Below, in pieces: positions 14,161 through 27,607 of a stretch of DNA of 64,000 nucleotides. The DNA comes from the human T2T-CHM13v2.0 reference genome, Homo sapiens. Made by a program: the position numbers and the translations under genes. Under the pieces are notes generated by a model that had not been told where the DNA came from, ran no database searches, and was given only the letters and a program-made list of their open reading frames with translations. The DNA lies in assembly GCF_009914755.1 (NCBI RefSeq), contig NC_060936.1, one strand, 5' to 3'. Position 1 is the stretch's first letter; each line of letters begins with the position of its first letter.

Positions 14161-14245
14161 GTAAGTATGGAGTGGGTTGTGAGAATCTGAATTTCTAGCC
14201 AGCTCCCAGGTGATGCCAATGCTACCAGTCTATAGACCATGCTTT

Positions 14246-14543
14246 GTCCAGGCATGGTGGCTCATGCCTGTAATCCCAGGGTTCTGGGAGGCCAGGGTGG
14301 GAGGATTGTTTGATGCCTGGAATTTGAGACCAGCCTGGGCAACACATTGAGACCTACCCTGAGCTCCACAAAAATTAGCCAGGCATGGTGGTACTTGCCT
14401 GTAGTCCCAGTTACTTGAGAGGCTGAGGTGGGAGAATCGCTTGAGCCCAGGAAGTCAGGATTGTAGTGAGCAATCATGGCTCCACTGCACTCCAGCCTGG
14501 ACAATAGAGTAAGACCCTGTCTCCAAAATTAATTAAAAAAAAT
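14246..14543 (+). mobile_element. Alu (J-like)
   Basis: Full dimer. Confidence 0.93.
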
Positions 14544-14987
14544 ATAGAGAACACACTTTGAGTAACACCTTATAGATGCTCAAGCTTGAAGTCAGACCCT
14601 AGTGAGGACCTCTTACTCCCCACTTGTCCATTTTATAATTTCCAAAGCGCCCCCTTCCTCCTCTGCCCACCCATCCATTCACTCTGTAGAGCAACTGGAC
14701 AGATTTGAATGACTGACAACCCACATTGTCTCCCTGGAGAGGACCAAAGGAATCCAAGGGACTCAGGAAGAAAGAGAAAAGCAATCAAGCAAGAGAAGTA
14801 AATACATCTACCAACCGCAAAAGGAGTGGACGCACAGGGTGCCCTAAAAGTCTAGAGCAGAGGCCATAAACTGTCTGCATCTGTCTGGATATGTGTTTCA
14901 TTTTGGAGGGTGCCTCCACCGTGTTTAAAATTCTTTGGAATCAATTGTTAACATGTATAAACTTGGAGATTTTATCTAAAAAAACCT

Positions 14988-15335
14988 GGCCGGGTATGGT
15001 GGCTCATGCCTGTAATCTCAGCACTTTGGGAGGCTGAGGCAGGAGGATCATTTGAGCCCAGGAGTTTGAGACCAGCCTGAGCAACACAGTGAGACAACCC
15101 CCTTCTCAAAAAAAAAAAAAAAAAAATATATATATATAATATATATAGCCAGGTGTAATGGTGCATGCCTATAGTCCCGTCTACTTGGGAGGCTGTTGTG
15201 GGAGGATCACTTGAGCCTGGGAGGTCAAGGCTGCAGTGAGCTATGATTGCATGGCTATACTCCAGCCTGGGCGACACTCCAGCCTGGGCAACAGAGTGAG
15301 ACCCTGCCTCATAAATAAATAGATACATAAATAAA
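14988..15335 (+). mobile_element. Alu (J-like) with A/(TA)n linker and internal 17-bp duplication
   Basis: Alu dimer; actccagcctgggc occurs twice near 15259-15290. Confidence 0.93.
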
Positions 15336-16051
15336 TTGGATTTACACTTGAAAAAATTAGGAAATCCTGCCATACTGGTCCCCATTCATACTCTTCTCCC
15401 ATAGTGACAGCTCGGTCTGGGTCTGGACTCTGAGTCTTTTTCCGTCTGCCTAGGGGTGATCACGGCTCTCACGGTAGCTAGGCCCTGTGTACCTTGTCAC
15501 CTTTGTTGGTTCCATTAATTCTGCCAACTGTGTAAATAGATAATTCATCCTCTCTCTTCAGTTTACCCTGTGCTATCTGCTTCCTTCCTTGGCTACTTAT
15601 AGATCTTCAAGCATTCAGGGTATGATACTGATGTATGTTAGCACTGCTGTCACAAAGATAATGCTACAATCCTCCATCTCCACCTCATCTTTCAGTCTCA
15701 GTTTTCTCATCCAAAAAAGTGAGAATGAAAATATCCACTGCTTGGAAGTCGGATTAAATATGTTGCTACCTGGCACGTACAAATGTGAGTTTCTTTCCAA
15801 CATTACATTTTGATGAATAAAAATAGCCCTGGCAGAAATGTCTCAACAGGTTGTCCTAAGCCTAGTTTCTATTTTTTGCTTTCAAAGCCAGAATCATGTT
15901 AAGTTTTTCACTGTTTAGCATCATCATTGCCATAATGATCTGTTATGGCCCTGTTTCTGGTAATAGTCATAAACAACAATATCTGCCACTTACTGAGGGT
16001 TACTATACACCAGGGACTTCCCACTTACTGTCTTTTTAAAAATTTTATTCC

Positions 16052-16348
<297 letters not shown>

Positions 16349-16356
16349 TTATTCCT

Positions 16357-16480
16357 TATTTTTAGAGATGGGGGTCTTGCTATGTTGCCCAGGCTGGTCT
16401 CAAACTCCTGGGCTCAAGCAATTCTCCTGTCTCTGCCTCCTGAGTTGTTGGGATTATAGGTATGAACCACTTCGCCTGGC
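16357..16480 (-). mobile_element. Alu monomer (FLAM-like)
   Basis: Single antisense monomer. Confidence 0.85.
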
Positions 16481-16519
16481 ATCATGTATTACCTTATTGA
16501 AACCTCACAGTAACTGTAG

Positions 16520-16838
<319 letters not shown>

Positions 16839-17189
16839 CGTGAGTGCCATTATTAACCCCCTTTCCCAGATGAGGAAACAGGTGCTGGTATTAAACTGAG
16901 GCTCCAAGAGAGCTGTTTTCCCAGGGTCAAGTGGTAGAGCTAGGATTTGAATCCAGGCTGGTCTGACTTCAGAGCTTGATCTGAATTCCCCACACCATAG
17001 ATGCCTAGTGAATTATTGCATATATATCTAATGTATCCTGTTATATTTCAGACACCCATAATTCACCTCGTAGTGGGACTTTCTGAAAAACCCTATGTCA
17101 GGTGCAGGCTGTATTAGTTTTCGCTTGCTGGCAACGCAGGTGTCCTCAGCAAAGAAACAGACACATCATCAGTTCCCCTTCTCCACGTG

Positions 17190-17571
17190 TCCCAGGCTAA
17201 GCCAATCCAGTGCTTCCCATTCCACTAGCCACACTAATTGGCTCAGGAACGGACATTAGATTAAAACAGGCCAATCAGAGTGAATTTCAGGAATATTGGG
17301 AGAAGTCACCAGAAAAGAGGACTGCTCCCTTCTGAAGCTGGACTTGAACCTGAGAAAATGTGACCTGGGGCTGCTGGCGGCCAGCTTGTCCCCGTTAGGT
17401 GACAATAAGCAGACAGAAGAGCCAAGCAGCTATGGAGGAAAATCAGGTACCTAAATTTAGCTCAACTCCTGCCTCATTCAGTTATACAATTCAATAAGTT
17501 CTTTTCTTCTTCCCAGTTTAAAGTTTACTGTGTTGTGTTCACTCTCAGTTGAAAGGATCTTAACTGATACA
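17190..17571 (+). mobile_element. Old MaLR LTR (MLT1K/L-like)
   Basis: aattggctcaggaac...ggccaatcagagtg...ggatcttaactgataca. Confidence 0.6.
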
Positions 17572-17688
17572 GCAAGTCAAAGCCTTTTTAGGTAAAGCAT
17601 TTGCCATTTGATCCTTGTGGTATGATTCTGGCCACATTATTGTCAAATCTCAGATGTAACAGCAATTCATCTGTAAATATGTCATATC

Positions 17689-17974
17689 TTTTTTTTTTTT
17701 TTTTGAGATGAAGCCTCGCTCTGTCACCCAGGCTGGAGTGCAGTGGCACGATCTCACCTCCACCTCCTGAGTTCAGGCAATTCTCCTGCCTCAGCCTCCT
17801 GAATAGCTGGGACTACAGGCATGTGCCACCATGCCTGGCTAATTTTTGTATTTTCAGTAGAGATGGGGTTTTGCCATGTTGGCCAGGCTGGTCTTGAACT
17901 CCTGACCTCAAGTGATCTGCCTGCCTTTGCCTCCCAAAGTGCTGGGATTATAGGCGTGAGCCACTGTGCCTGGC
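17689..17974 (-). mobile_element. AluS
   Basis: Antisense dimer; TSD-like atat(g/a)tcatatcttt. Confidence 0.95.
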
Positions 17975-18047
17975 CATATATCATATCTTTAAAAGGCAGA
18001 AATTATTTAAGAAAATATAACCAGAATAGCATTAAAAATTAAAAATT

Positions 18048-18390
18048 TGCTGGGCATAGTGACTCACACCTGTAATCCCATTGATTCGAGAGGGCAATGT
18101 GGGAGAAACATTTGAGGCCAAGAGTCTGGGCAGCATATCCAGACTCCACCTCTACAAAAAAAAAAAAAAAAAAAAAAAGGAAAGAAGAAAAAAATGAAAC
18201 AAACAAAAAAATAGCTCGGTGTGGTGGCACATACCTATAGTCCCAATTACTCAGGAGGCTGAGGTAGGAGGATCACTTGAGCCCAGGAGGTCAAGGCTGC
18301 AGTGAGCTATGATCTTGCCACTGCATTCCAGCCTGGGCAACAGAGTGAGATCTTGTCTCTAAATATAAATAAGTAAAAATAAAATAAAAA
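18048..18390 (+). mobile_element. Alu (J-like) with expanded A-linker
   Basis: Diverged dimer. Confidence 0.9.
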
Positions 18391-18504
18391 TCAACTATAA
18401 TGTAGAATTATATTTATGACTAACTGTTGCAACCAAACTTTTCCAAAAATTTCCCATGAAAGGTGTAATTATGCTCAGTAAAAATTGCTCCTTAAAAACG
18501 GTTA

Positions 18505-18882
<378 letters not shown>

Positions 18883-19315
18883 TTATGTGTGTGTTTATGG
18901 AGCCAAAAGACTGCATAACCCTAATTGGAAATCTAACAATAAAGCCATTTTGATGTTGTAAGCAGCTGGCAAGAGGGAATTTACAAACTACAAAGAGTAA
19001 AATATAAATAAAGAAGCTGAAGAAAAAAAAAAAGAAAAAGAGAAAGAACACCTACGGTTGCCAGTAACTAGGGATGGATGAAATAAGAAGCATTTTCAGT
19101 TTTAGTCAAACCTTTAGAATTTTTCAAAATGCTTAAATGAGAAAAATAAGGAGGTGGAGTGCATGTGGGAGTGGGCACTGCCAATTTAGATGAAGATAAA
19201 ATTTTAAATCTTGTTAAACAATCCCAACAAATTGGCATTCAAAGTGTGCTATTAATAAAAGTGTTCCTTTAAAAAAATGGTTTGGTGTAAACCACTTTTT
19301 TTCCCTTTATGCTTT

Positions 19316-19331
19316 ATTTTCCTTCCTTCCT

Positions 19332-19382
<51 letters not shown>

Positions 19383-19527
19383 CTCTTTCTTTCTTTTTTC
19401 TTTTTTCTTTCTTTTTTCTTTCTTCTTTCTTTCTTTCTTCCTTTCTTTCTTTCTTTTCTTTCTCTCTCTCTCTCTCCTTCCTTCCTTCCTTCCTTCCTCT
19501 CTCTCTCCTCTCTCTCTCTTTTTTCTT

Positions 19528-19562
<35 letters not shown>
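19316..19562. repeat. Compound (CCTT)/(CTTT)n/(CT)n polypyrimidine microsatellite
   Basis: ~245 nt of C/T only, occupying the tail position of the adjacent Alu. Confidence 0.97.
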
Positions 19563-19859
<297 letters not shown>

Positions 19860-19967
19860 TAACATGCTAAGGTACTTGAGTTACAAAGACTGTTCAACTT
19901 TTAGTTCCTTTGTTTATTAGCTGTGTGACCACGGGGAGTTAACTAGACCTTTCTGAGCCTCAGCTTC

Positions 19968-20110
19968 CAGGCTAAATTTTAAAATTTTTTTGTAGACATA
20001 GGGTCTCACTATGTTGCCCAGGCTGGTTTTGAACTTCTGGCCTCAAGCAATCTTCCTGCCTTGGCCTCCCAAAGAGCTGTGATTAAAGGCGTGATCCACC
20101 ATGCCTGGCC
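19968..20110 (-). mobile_element. Alu left-arm fragment after a MIR fragment
   Basis: Antisense left arm; MIR core at ~19915-19965. Confidence 0.85.
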
Positions 20111-20769
20111 TGATCTCTGTTTTTAAGTATTGGCAATTAAGTCACATTTTTCTAGAACACCAATGAAACCAAACAGAATATATTCTGCAGGCCACATTTG
20201 GCCACAATCCTCTGGGTTACATCAGTTGCTTTAAAGTGGCAGAGAATGAGATGATTTCAGCCCTGGAAAGATGTTCTGCTCCATTTCATCCTTGGAATGG
20301 CTGTCATGCCGAATGCAGGTAGAAGATAATAACTAACATTATGGAGTGTCCACTGTGTGCCAGACACTGTCCCTAGCACTTTACATGAGCTAATTTGTTA
20401 ATACCTCCAATAACTACTCATTTTAATTTGGGTCACAAATGAAAGTTTCATAAATGAGCTGAAAGTCCAGGTTAGGCACTGAGCTACTCATTGAAAACCC
20501 TGCACCTTGGGGTCAGCAGTTCCTTCAGAGACTAGATAAGGAGGCACTTCGGTTGGCTGACTCCCTGAGGCCCCCCTCCCCTCGAATTTCCTTTGAGGAT
20601 CCTTAGAAGAGGGGACAAATGTTCCCAGTATAGGAACAGCAAGTGCAAATGCCCCAGGGGGCAATGGCCTCTGTGATTTGGGGAACAGCAAAATGAAAGA
20701 ATGATTGAGGGGGAGGGAGGGGCATGTGAAGGGGTTCTGCCTGCACCCTTAGAAAAACCCAACTGTAGA

Positions 20770-21990
20770 AGGGGTGGTGGAGGGAGAGGGGTGGTGGAGG
20801 AGGGAGAGGTGTGGTGGGTAGGGAGACGGGTGATGGAGGAGGGAGGGGGTGCTGGGGAGAGGTGTGGTGGGGGAGGGAGAGGTGTGGTGGGGCAGGGAGA
20901 GGGGTAATGGGGGAGGGAGAGGGGTGGTGGAAGAGGGAAAGGGGAGGAGGAGGAAGAGGGGTGGTGGAGGTAGAAGACAGATGGGTTGGTGGAGGAGGGA
21001 GGGGGTGTGGAGGAGGGAGAGGGTAGTGAAAGTGAAGGAGGGAGGGGGTGGGGGTAGTGGAGAAGAAAAAGGGGGTGATGGAAGAGAGAGAAGAGGTGGT
21101 GGAGGAGGCAGGGGGTGGTGGAGGAGTGAGGGGGCATGGAGGAGGGGGAGGGAGGAAGAGGAAGAGGAGAGTGGGAGGTGGAGGAGGGAGAGGAGGTGGT
21201 GGAGGAGTAAGAGGGAGTAATGAAGGTGGAGCACGGAGAGGGGGTGGTGGAGGAGGGAGAGGGGTTGATGAAGGTGGAGGAGGGAGAGGGGATGGTGAAG
21301 GAGGGAGAGGGGGTAATGGAGGAGGGAGAGGGGGTGATGAAGGTGGAGGAGGTAGAGGGGGTAGGAAAGGAAGTGATGAAGGTGGAGGAGGGAGAGGGGT
21401 TGATGAAGGTGGAGGAGGGAGAGGGGATGGTGGAGGAGGGAGAGGGGGTGATGGAGGAGGGAGGGGGGTGATGAACGTAGAGGAGTGAGACGGGGTAGGA
21501 AAGGGAGTGATGAAGGTAGAGGAGGGAGAAGGGGTGGTGGAGGAGGGAGAAGGGGTGGTGGAGGTGGAGGAGAGAGAGGGGGTGGTGGAGGAGGGAGGGG
21601 GTGATGAAGGTGGAGGAGGGAGAAGGTGTGGTGGAGGAGGGAGAGGGTGTGGTGGAGGAGAGAGAAGGGTGTGGTGGAGGAGGGAGGGGGTGATGAAGGT
21701 GGAGGAGGGAGAGGGGGTGGTGGAGGAGGGAGAGGGGGTGGTGGAGGAGGGAGAAGGGATAATGAAGGTGGAGGAAGGAGGGGGTGGTGAAGGTGGAGGA
21801 GGGAGAGGGGGTGGTGGAGGAGGGAGAGAGGGTGGGAGAAGGAGTGATGAAGATGGAGGAGGGAGGAGGGTGGTGGAGGAGGGAGGGAGGTGGGTGGAGG
21901 AGGGAGGGGGTGGTGGAGGTGGAGGAGGGAGAGGGAGGAAGAGGAGGGAGAGGGGCGATGGAGAAGGTAGGGGGGTGGTGGAGGAAGGCG
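20770..21990. repeat. G/A-rich degenerate minisatellite
   Basis: Units gtggtggaggagggagagggg (21 nt) and gtgatgaaggtggaggagggagagggg (27 nt); almost no C on the + strand. Confidence 0.95.
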
Positions 21991-22080
21991 GCAGTGGTGT
22001 TCCTAACCCTTGATCTTGGCTTGTTAACCCTTTCTGAGCTTCCCTTTAGCGGGGGGATGAGGATGGTCGGCTGTTTCCAC

Positions 22081-22630
22081 ATTTAAGGGCAGAGCTGGGT
22101 GAAGGGTGGTGTTAGTGCTCGAGGGTCACGCGCGGGTGGCTTTGCCGCGGTGGTGGCAGCGGTGGCAGAGGCGACACCGCTGGAGGCGGCGGAGGGACGG
22201 GCCCACCAACGCTGCAGGCCGGTAAGGCGGGCGGGGGCTGCGGGCCACCAGGTCCTGCCCTCCCAAGCTGCAGCACGCGCTGGCTGGGGGGTCGTGGGGG
22301 CTCCCGTGGGGGCGCGGCCGGACGCGGGACGCTGCCTCCGGGAATGGGGCTGCTGGAGCGGGAGGATGCGCTAGAACCGGGGGTGGGGCGACGAGGGACT
22401 TGGGGGCGGGGAGACCCGCGCAGGACCCGTGCTATCCTTTGGGATTTTGAGGGGCGGGTCCGGCAAGGCCCCCCAAAGTGGCTGCTCCTGCGAGTCTCCG
22501 AGAGGGGAACAGGTGGTCGCGGGGTGGCTGCGGCGAAGGTAGCTCCTCTCCGGTAGCCACGGGGTGTCGGATGTGCGCTTTTACCCAGGCTCGATATGTG
22601 CCTCTCCTGGAGCCGGCTGGGACCCCGCAT
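22081..22630 (+). promoter_or_regulatory. CpG island / probable promoter
   Basis: Dense CpG and high GC in an otherwise CpG-depleted window; TATA-like atttaag at 22081; GC boxes near 22402 and 22451; GTCACGCG at ~22125. Confidence 0.8.
22115..22221 (+). other. Putative non-coding first exon of an unidentified transcript
   Basis: Strong donor CCG|GTAAGG (GT at 22222-22223) ~140 nt downstream of the TATA-like element; no ATG in the exon; start position inferred. Confidence 0.5.
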
Positions 22631-22924
22631 CAGGCTTTGGTCAAGGGTCTTTCGAAGGGATAGGAAGACGGGAAACTCAGAAAGTGCTGAAATCTGGGCA
22701 CTAGAGAGACAGTGTGTCTGATTTTTACCCGCATCCTCACTCCCACTCTAGGTCATAGCACGTTCCCTGGATCAAGGTTTCCATAGTTAATCAGAGGGCG
22801 TCTCCGCCCCTCACCCCAACCCCATCCTGACAATATATCCTTTTGATTTCACCTCCTAAACCAGGTGTTGCAAACTCAGATGCACACAGGGCCAGAGGGA
22901 TGCACAATGGGCCCAACTCTTACC

Positions 22925-23148
22925 TAGTTTCAACTACGCACCAGGCGCTGTCTGGAGTTATTCATTCATTGAATCCTCACCACGCTCCCTGAACTTGCTA
23001 CTTGTGATGACCCTGATTTTACAGACAGGGAAACAGGTAGGCAAGGTGAAAGTCACTTACCCAAGATCACATGAGTAGCAAGTGTCAAGTCAGGATGGGA
23101 CTCCAGGCAGGCGGCTCCAGAGTCCTGACTCTTAACCACGCTGCTGTG
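22925..23148 (-). mobile_element. MIR
   Basis: attttacagacagggaaacagg...cacttacccaagatcaca...ctcttaaccac. Confidence 0.8.
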
Positions 23149-23231
23149 CTGAGCAGTTCAGCTGTGGGGGTCGCCAGGAGCGCTGCCAGGCAGGATTGCA
23201 GACCCTGTGTGGCCAGGCTGTCCAATTTCTT

Positions 23232-23556
23232 GTCTCAGCCTCCTGAGTAGCTGGGACTACAGGCATGCACCACCACGCCTGGCTAATTTTTGTATATTTT
23301 GGTAGAGATGGGGTTTCACCATGTTGGCCAGGCTGGTCTCAAACTCCTGACCTCAGGTGATCCACCCGTCTCGGCCTCCCAAAGTGCTGGTATTACAAGC
23401 TTCAGCCACCTCACCCGGCCTTAATTTTTGTATTTTTAGTAGAGACGGGGTTTTGCCATGATGGCCAGGCTGGTCTCAAACTCCTGACCTCGGGTTATCC
23501 GCCTGCCTTGGCCTCCCAAAGTGCTGGGACTACAGCATGAGGCCCTGCACCCAGCC
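23232..23556 (-). mobile_element. Partial AluS followed by an extra left arm
   Basis: Two consecutive antisense left-arm units (to 23420 and 23422-23556). Confidence 0.88.
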
Positions 23557-23789
23557 CTGAGTTCTTATTTTCACGCCCCTGAAGCTCAGATCTGGCCCCA
23601 CATAATTTGGTGGAGAGAAGAATTTTGGTGGAGGGAAGAATTTTCTTTTGGAAGGTGTGGCTATACAATAAAAATGACAGTGTTCACACTGGTCTTACTC
23701 TTGTCAGGGCCCTGGGGCCCTGAGCTATTCCCTCTTATAAAACTTTTTTTTTTTTTAAATTATTGTATTTTTTTCAATAGAAATGTTCT

Positions 23790-24744
23790 TTTCTTTTTTT
23801 TCTTTTCTTCCTTTTTTTTTTTTTTGAGATAGAGTCTCTCTCTGTCACCCAGGCTGGAGTGCAGTGGCATGAAAATGGCTCATTGCAGCCTTGACCTCCC
23901 GGGCTCAAGCTATCCTTCTGCCTCAGCCTCCTGGGAAGCTAGTAACACAGGCATGTGCCACTGTTACCGGAAAGGGATTCTGATCCAGATCCCAAGAGAG
24001 GGTCCTTGGATCTCATGCAAAAAAAATTCGGGGCGAGTACATAGAGTAAAGTGAAAGCAAGTTTTTTAAGAAAATAAAGGAATAAAGAATGGCTACTCCA
24101 TAGGCAGAGCAGCAGCATGGGCTGCGCAGCTGCTTATACTTATTGTTACTTCTTGGTTATATGGTAAACAAGGGGCAGATTATTCATGAATTTTCTATGA
24201 AAGGGGTAGGCAGTTTCCAGAACTGAGGGTTCCTCCCCTTTTTAGACCAAGTAGGGTAACTTCCTGATGTTGCCATGGTATTTGTAACTGTCATGCTGCC
24301 GGTGAGTGTGTCTCTTAGCATGGTAATGCATTGTAATTAGCGTATAATGAGCAGTGAGGATGATCAGAGGTCACTTTGGTTGCCATCTTGGTTTTGGTGG
24401 GTTTTGGCTGGCTTCTTTACCATATGCTGTTTCATCAGCAAAGTCTTTGTGACCTGTATCTTGTGCCGACCTCCTATCTCATCCTGTGACTTAGAATGCC
24501 TTAACCTTCTGGGAATGCAGCTCAGTAGGTCTCAGCCTTATTTTACCCAGCCCCTATTCAAGATGGAGTTGCTCTGGTTCAAATGCCTCTGACACCATCA
24601 TGCCCACCTATTTTTTTTTTTTTTTGTAGAGATGGGGCCTCACTTTGTTGGGCAGGCTGGTCTTGAACTCCTGGGCTTAAGCAATCCTCTTGCCTTGACC
24701 TCCCAAAGTGCTAAAATTACAGGTGTGAGCCACTGTGCCTGGCC
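23790..24744 (-). mobile_element. AluJ split by a MER41B LTR
   Basis: Alu right arm to 23961 (...gcatgtgccac) resumes at 24595 (ccatcatgccc...). Confidence 0.9.
23962..24594 (-). mobile_element. MER41B-like ERV1 solo LTR (633 bp)
   Basis: Minus strand begins TGTCAGAGGCATTTGAACCAGAGCAACTCCATCTTGAATAGGGGCTGGG and ends TTTCCGGTAACA; TSD ccac/ccat. Confidence 0.93.
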
Positions 24745-25616
24745 TAGGCTTCAAGTTTTTTGGGAGCCGTGGCTCTGTCTTCCTCATTCTTGTATTCCCA
24801 CATGTCACACATACTGCATTTCACATAATGATATTCAGGAAGTACTGAATCAAATGTAATTAACTCAAGTAAAGTAGAGATTCAGTCTCTTAGACACCTG
24901 CCTCAGGCAAGAAATCTCTCTTCCCCTCTGAGTTATAATGGAAGTCACTGTTCTCAAGCTTGCAGGATAAAGAGCAGCACAGACTCTGACATAGGACACC
25001 TTTGTTTTCCTCACTGCCACCCCTGAATTCAAAGTCATTTTGTCCCTATGTGGGTGTCAAGCGGCTAAGAAAATGGGCCCAGCATGAGACAGTTTCAAAC
25101 AGTGCAGCTTTTTATTATGCAAAGGTAACAGGGTTTCTCGCAGCATGACCCCAGCAATAGTGGCTGTCTGTGACTGTTACCTCACAGCCAGGGAAGAAAA
25201 AAAGCTTTCAAGAGTATGAGTCAATCAAAGGGTGCTACTGACTTCACCTTTTGCTAGGGGGCCAGAATCTTTTGAGGGGCAAAACTATAATTCCAGCAAC
25301 TAATAATGAGTCTTCAAAAAGCAACAAAACAAAACAAAAAACTTCCTAAGAAACCAACCCAAAACAAAACAACAAAAACAGAATGGAGAGAAATCTGGGA
25401 AGATCTACAGAGGATTGTAAATCTTTGGGAGGTAGAACAGCCAGAACTAGATTTCTGTCATTTTGGTTCTGCCTGAACCAAAACATGGCCCGAGAAGGAC
25501 TGCATGATATGCCCTATGAACTTCATTAGGGATTGATGGGTTCAATAAGCTCCTATTGCAAAAATGCGAACATAGCAACCACTTACATTTTAGTCTGAAC
25601 TAGCCACTTTCTGACA

Positions 25617-25870
25617 GCTGGGAGTTGCAAAGTCAACTGCTTACAGGGTCCGAGCATGAAATGTCAACAACTGAAGCAGGCAGAGCCAGAAAATACAAGA
25701 GTGGTGGGAATATAGTGAGTTGGGAACACATGCTCCATCTATAGGAGCAGCAGCAACTCAGCTCTGGGCAATCATTACCATGAAAAATTACAGGTTCTAT
25801 GTTACTGTATGTTTTGGGAAGTTGGAAATCAGATTTTTTACATGAAATCTTCCAATTAAAAAATGTAAAA
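25617..25870. mobile_element. MER102-like hAT-Charlie element
   Basis: gttgcaaagtcaactgcttacaggg...ggaaatcagatttttacatgaaatct; related pieces at ~14860-14985 and ~37560-38398. Confidence 0.55.
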
Positions 25871-26637
25871 AAAATTTATTATTTTACTAGTTCTTCCTCT
25901 TTCTTCATCATAGGTTCCTCCGAAAATCTGATTAAAGCTATCGTGCCTGGGAAACTACAGCACATACTTTTTTTGTATACAATTTCAAGAGATTCATAGA
26001 CAGCCTCCCCCAATCCCATGGTGTCTCAAGGGCAGAAGGAATGCCTGCCCTGGTATTTATACTTTCCAAGAAAGGATCTGATTGGTTGGATTTACCACTG
26101 TCAAATAGGTCGCACTTCCATTGGGCAGAGTTTCATTTGTGGTCTCCCCCTCATGTACTGATTGGCTGCTTTTGGCTTGAGCACCGATTCTGAGTCCCAT
26201 AGTGATCACAGCTGCAGAGCTGGCTTCACCCAAAGCACGGCTCAAACAGACCTTTCAGAACAAAGTTATCCCAGGGATTACTTTTCTCAGAATTAATCTG
26301 TGGGCACCCGTATCATTTGAACTTCATGAACTGCCCTCCAGAATGCCTCCTCCCTCACCTTCTCTTCTCAAATTCCCACCATTTGGAAAACTCCTCTTGC
26401 TCCTTTTCATCTTTCCTCTTGTATTAAAAAAAAATTCTGGTAAAGCCATTACATTTAATTTTTATGATCTTGTTTAAAAGATTAGCTGTATTGCATCAAA
26501 GTCATACAAGTATATAGTTTAAAAGTCAGATTATAACATATTTATAATAAAATATTAGTTTCTGTTCCTCTGTTTCTGGTCCATCCCTAGAGACAACTAC
26601 TGCCAACTGCCTTAGCTGTTTCTTTTCTATCTTCTTT

Positions 26638-26797
26638 TTAATTTTTTTGGAGACAGGGTTTCACTCTGTCACCCAGGCTCTAGTGCAGTGGTGTGATCAT
26701 GGCTCACTGCAGCCTTGACCTCTTGGGCTCAAGCCATCCTCCTGCCTCAGCCTCCTGAGTAGCTGGGACCACAGGTGTGCACCACCATAGCTGGCCA
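26638..26797 (-). mobile_element. Alu right-arm fragment
   Basis: Antisense right arm only. Confidence 0.88.
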
Positions 26798-26989
26798 AGT
26801 TGTTTCTTATGTCATTCCCCCATCTTCATATTTCTAATCTCGATTTTGACATATTTCCAGTTATTTCATTCACTCTCTCACTGACTCATTAATTAGCTGA
26901 TTAAGTAAACACATATACAAGAAGTCTCTACTATAGGCTAAGGGCTGTCTAGGGTGCTATGGATAGAGAGAGGAACAAAAACAGATACC

Positions 26990-27205
26990 GTGTCTATTTC
27001 TATCTCTGTCTTTCTCTCTCTGTCAGTTTGTCTTCCTGTCTCTCATTCACTATTTTTATCTCTTTGCCTCTTTGTCTCTGTCTCAATCATTTTGTCCCTG
27101 TTCTCCGCCTCTCTCTCCACGTCTCTCTGGATTTAACATAAAATGTTCTCTTTCTCTTTATCTCTGTCTTTCTATATCTCCCCACCCCCTGTCTTTCCAT
27201 CTCCC
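26990..27205. repeat. CT-rich low-complexity tract
   Basis: Degenerate (TC)/(TCTG) repeats. Confidence 0.8.
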
Positions 27206-27218
27206 ACGCCCTTCTTAA

Positions 27219-27607
<389 letters not shown>

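Larger units (their letters stand above)
13705..14570. mobile_element. MER5A-like hAT MITE split by a THE1/MST LTR and an Alu
   Basis: gaatcacctggaggacttgttaaaatgcagattcc...ccccactcccagagtttctg; resumes at 14161 (gagaatctgaatttcta...ctcccaggtgatgcc) and ~14550 (cacactttgagtaacac). Confidence 0.75.

Noticed and set aside
20770-21990. Repeat array as a CRISPR-like or novel repeat-spacer system
   Set aside because: Units are contiguous and degenerate with no unique spacers; the context is primate DNA with no associated genes.
20532-22082. 516-aa Pro/Ser/Thr/His-rich ORF (-) and overlapping Gly/Glu-rich ORFs (+)
   Set aside because: Products of the G/A repeat: the + strand has almost no tta/cta/tca, so the minus strand lacks stops. 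Several frames are open at once and the peptide pattern shifts frame. Mucin- or extensin-like appearance is compositional only.
22081-22630. Assigning a gene name to the CpG-island promoter
   Set aside because: No coding exon or sequence I can recognise; a genome alignment is needed.
22099-22663. ORFs across the CpG island
   Set aside because: GC-rich DNA lacks stops; the products resemble no family I recognise, and the splice donor suggests a non-coding exon.
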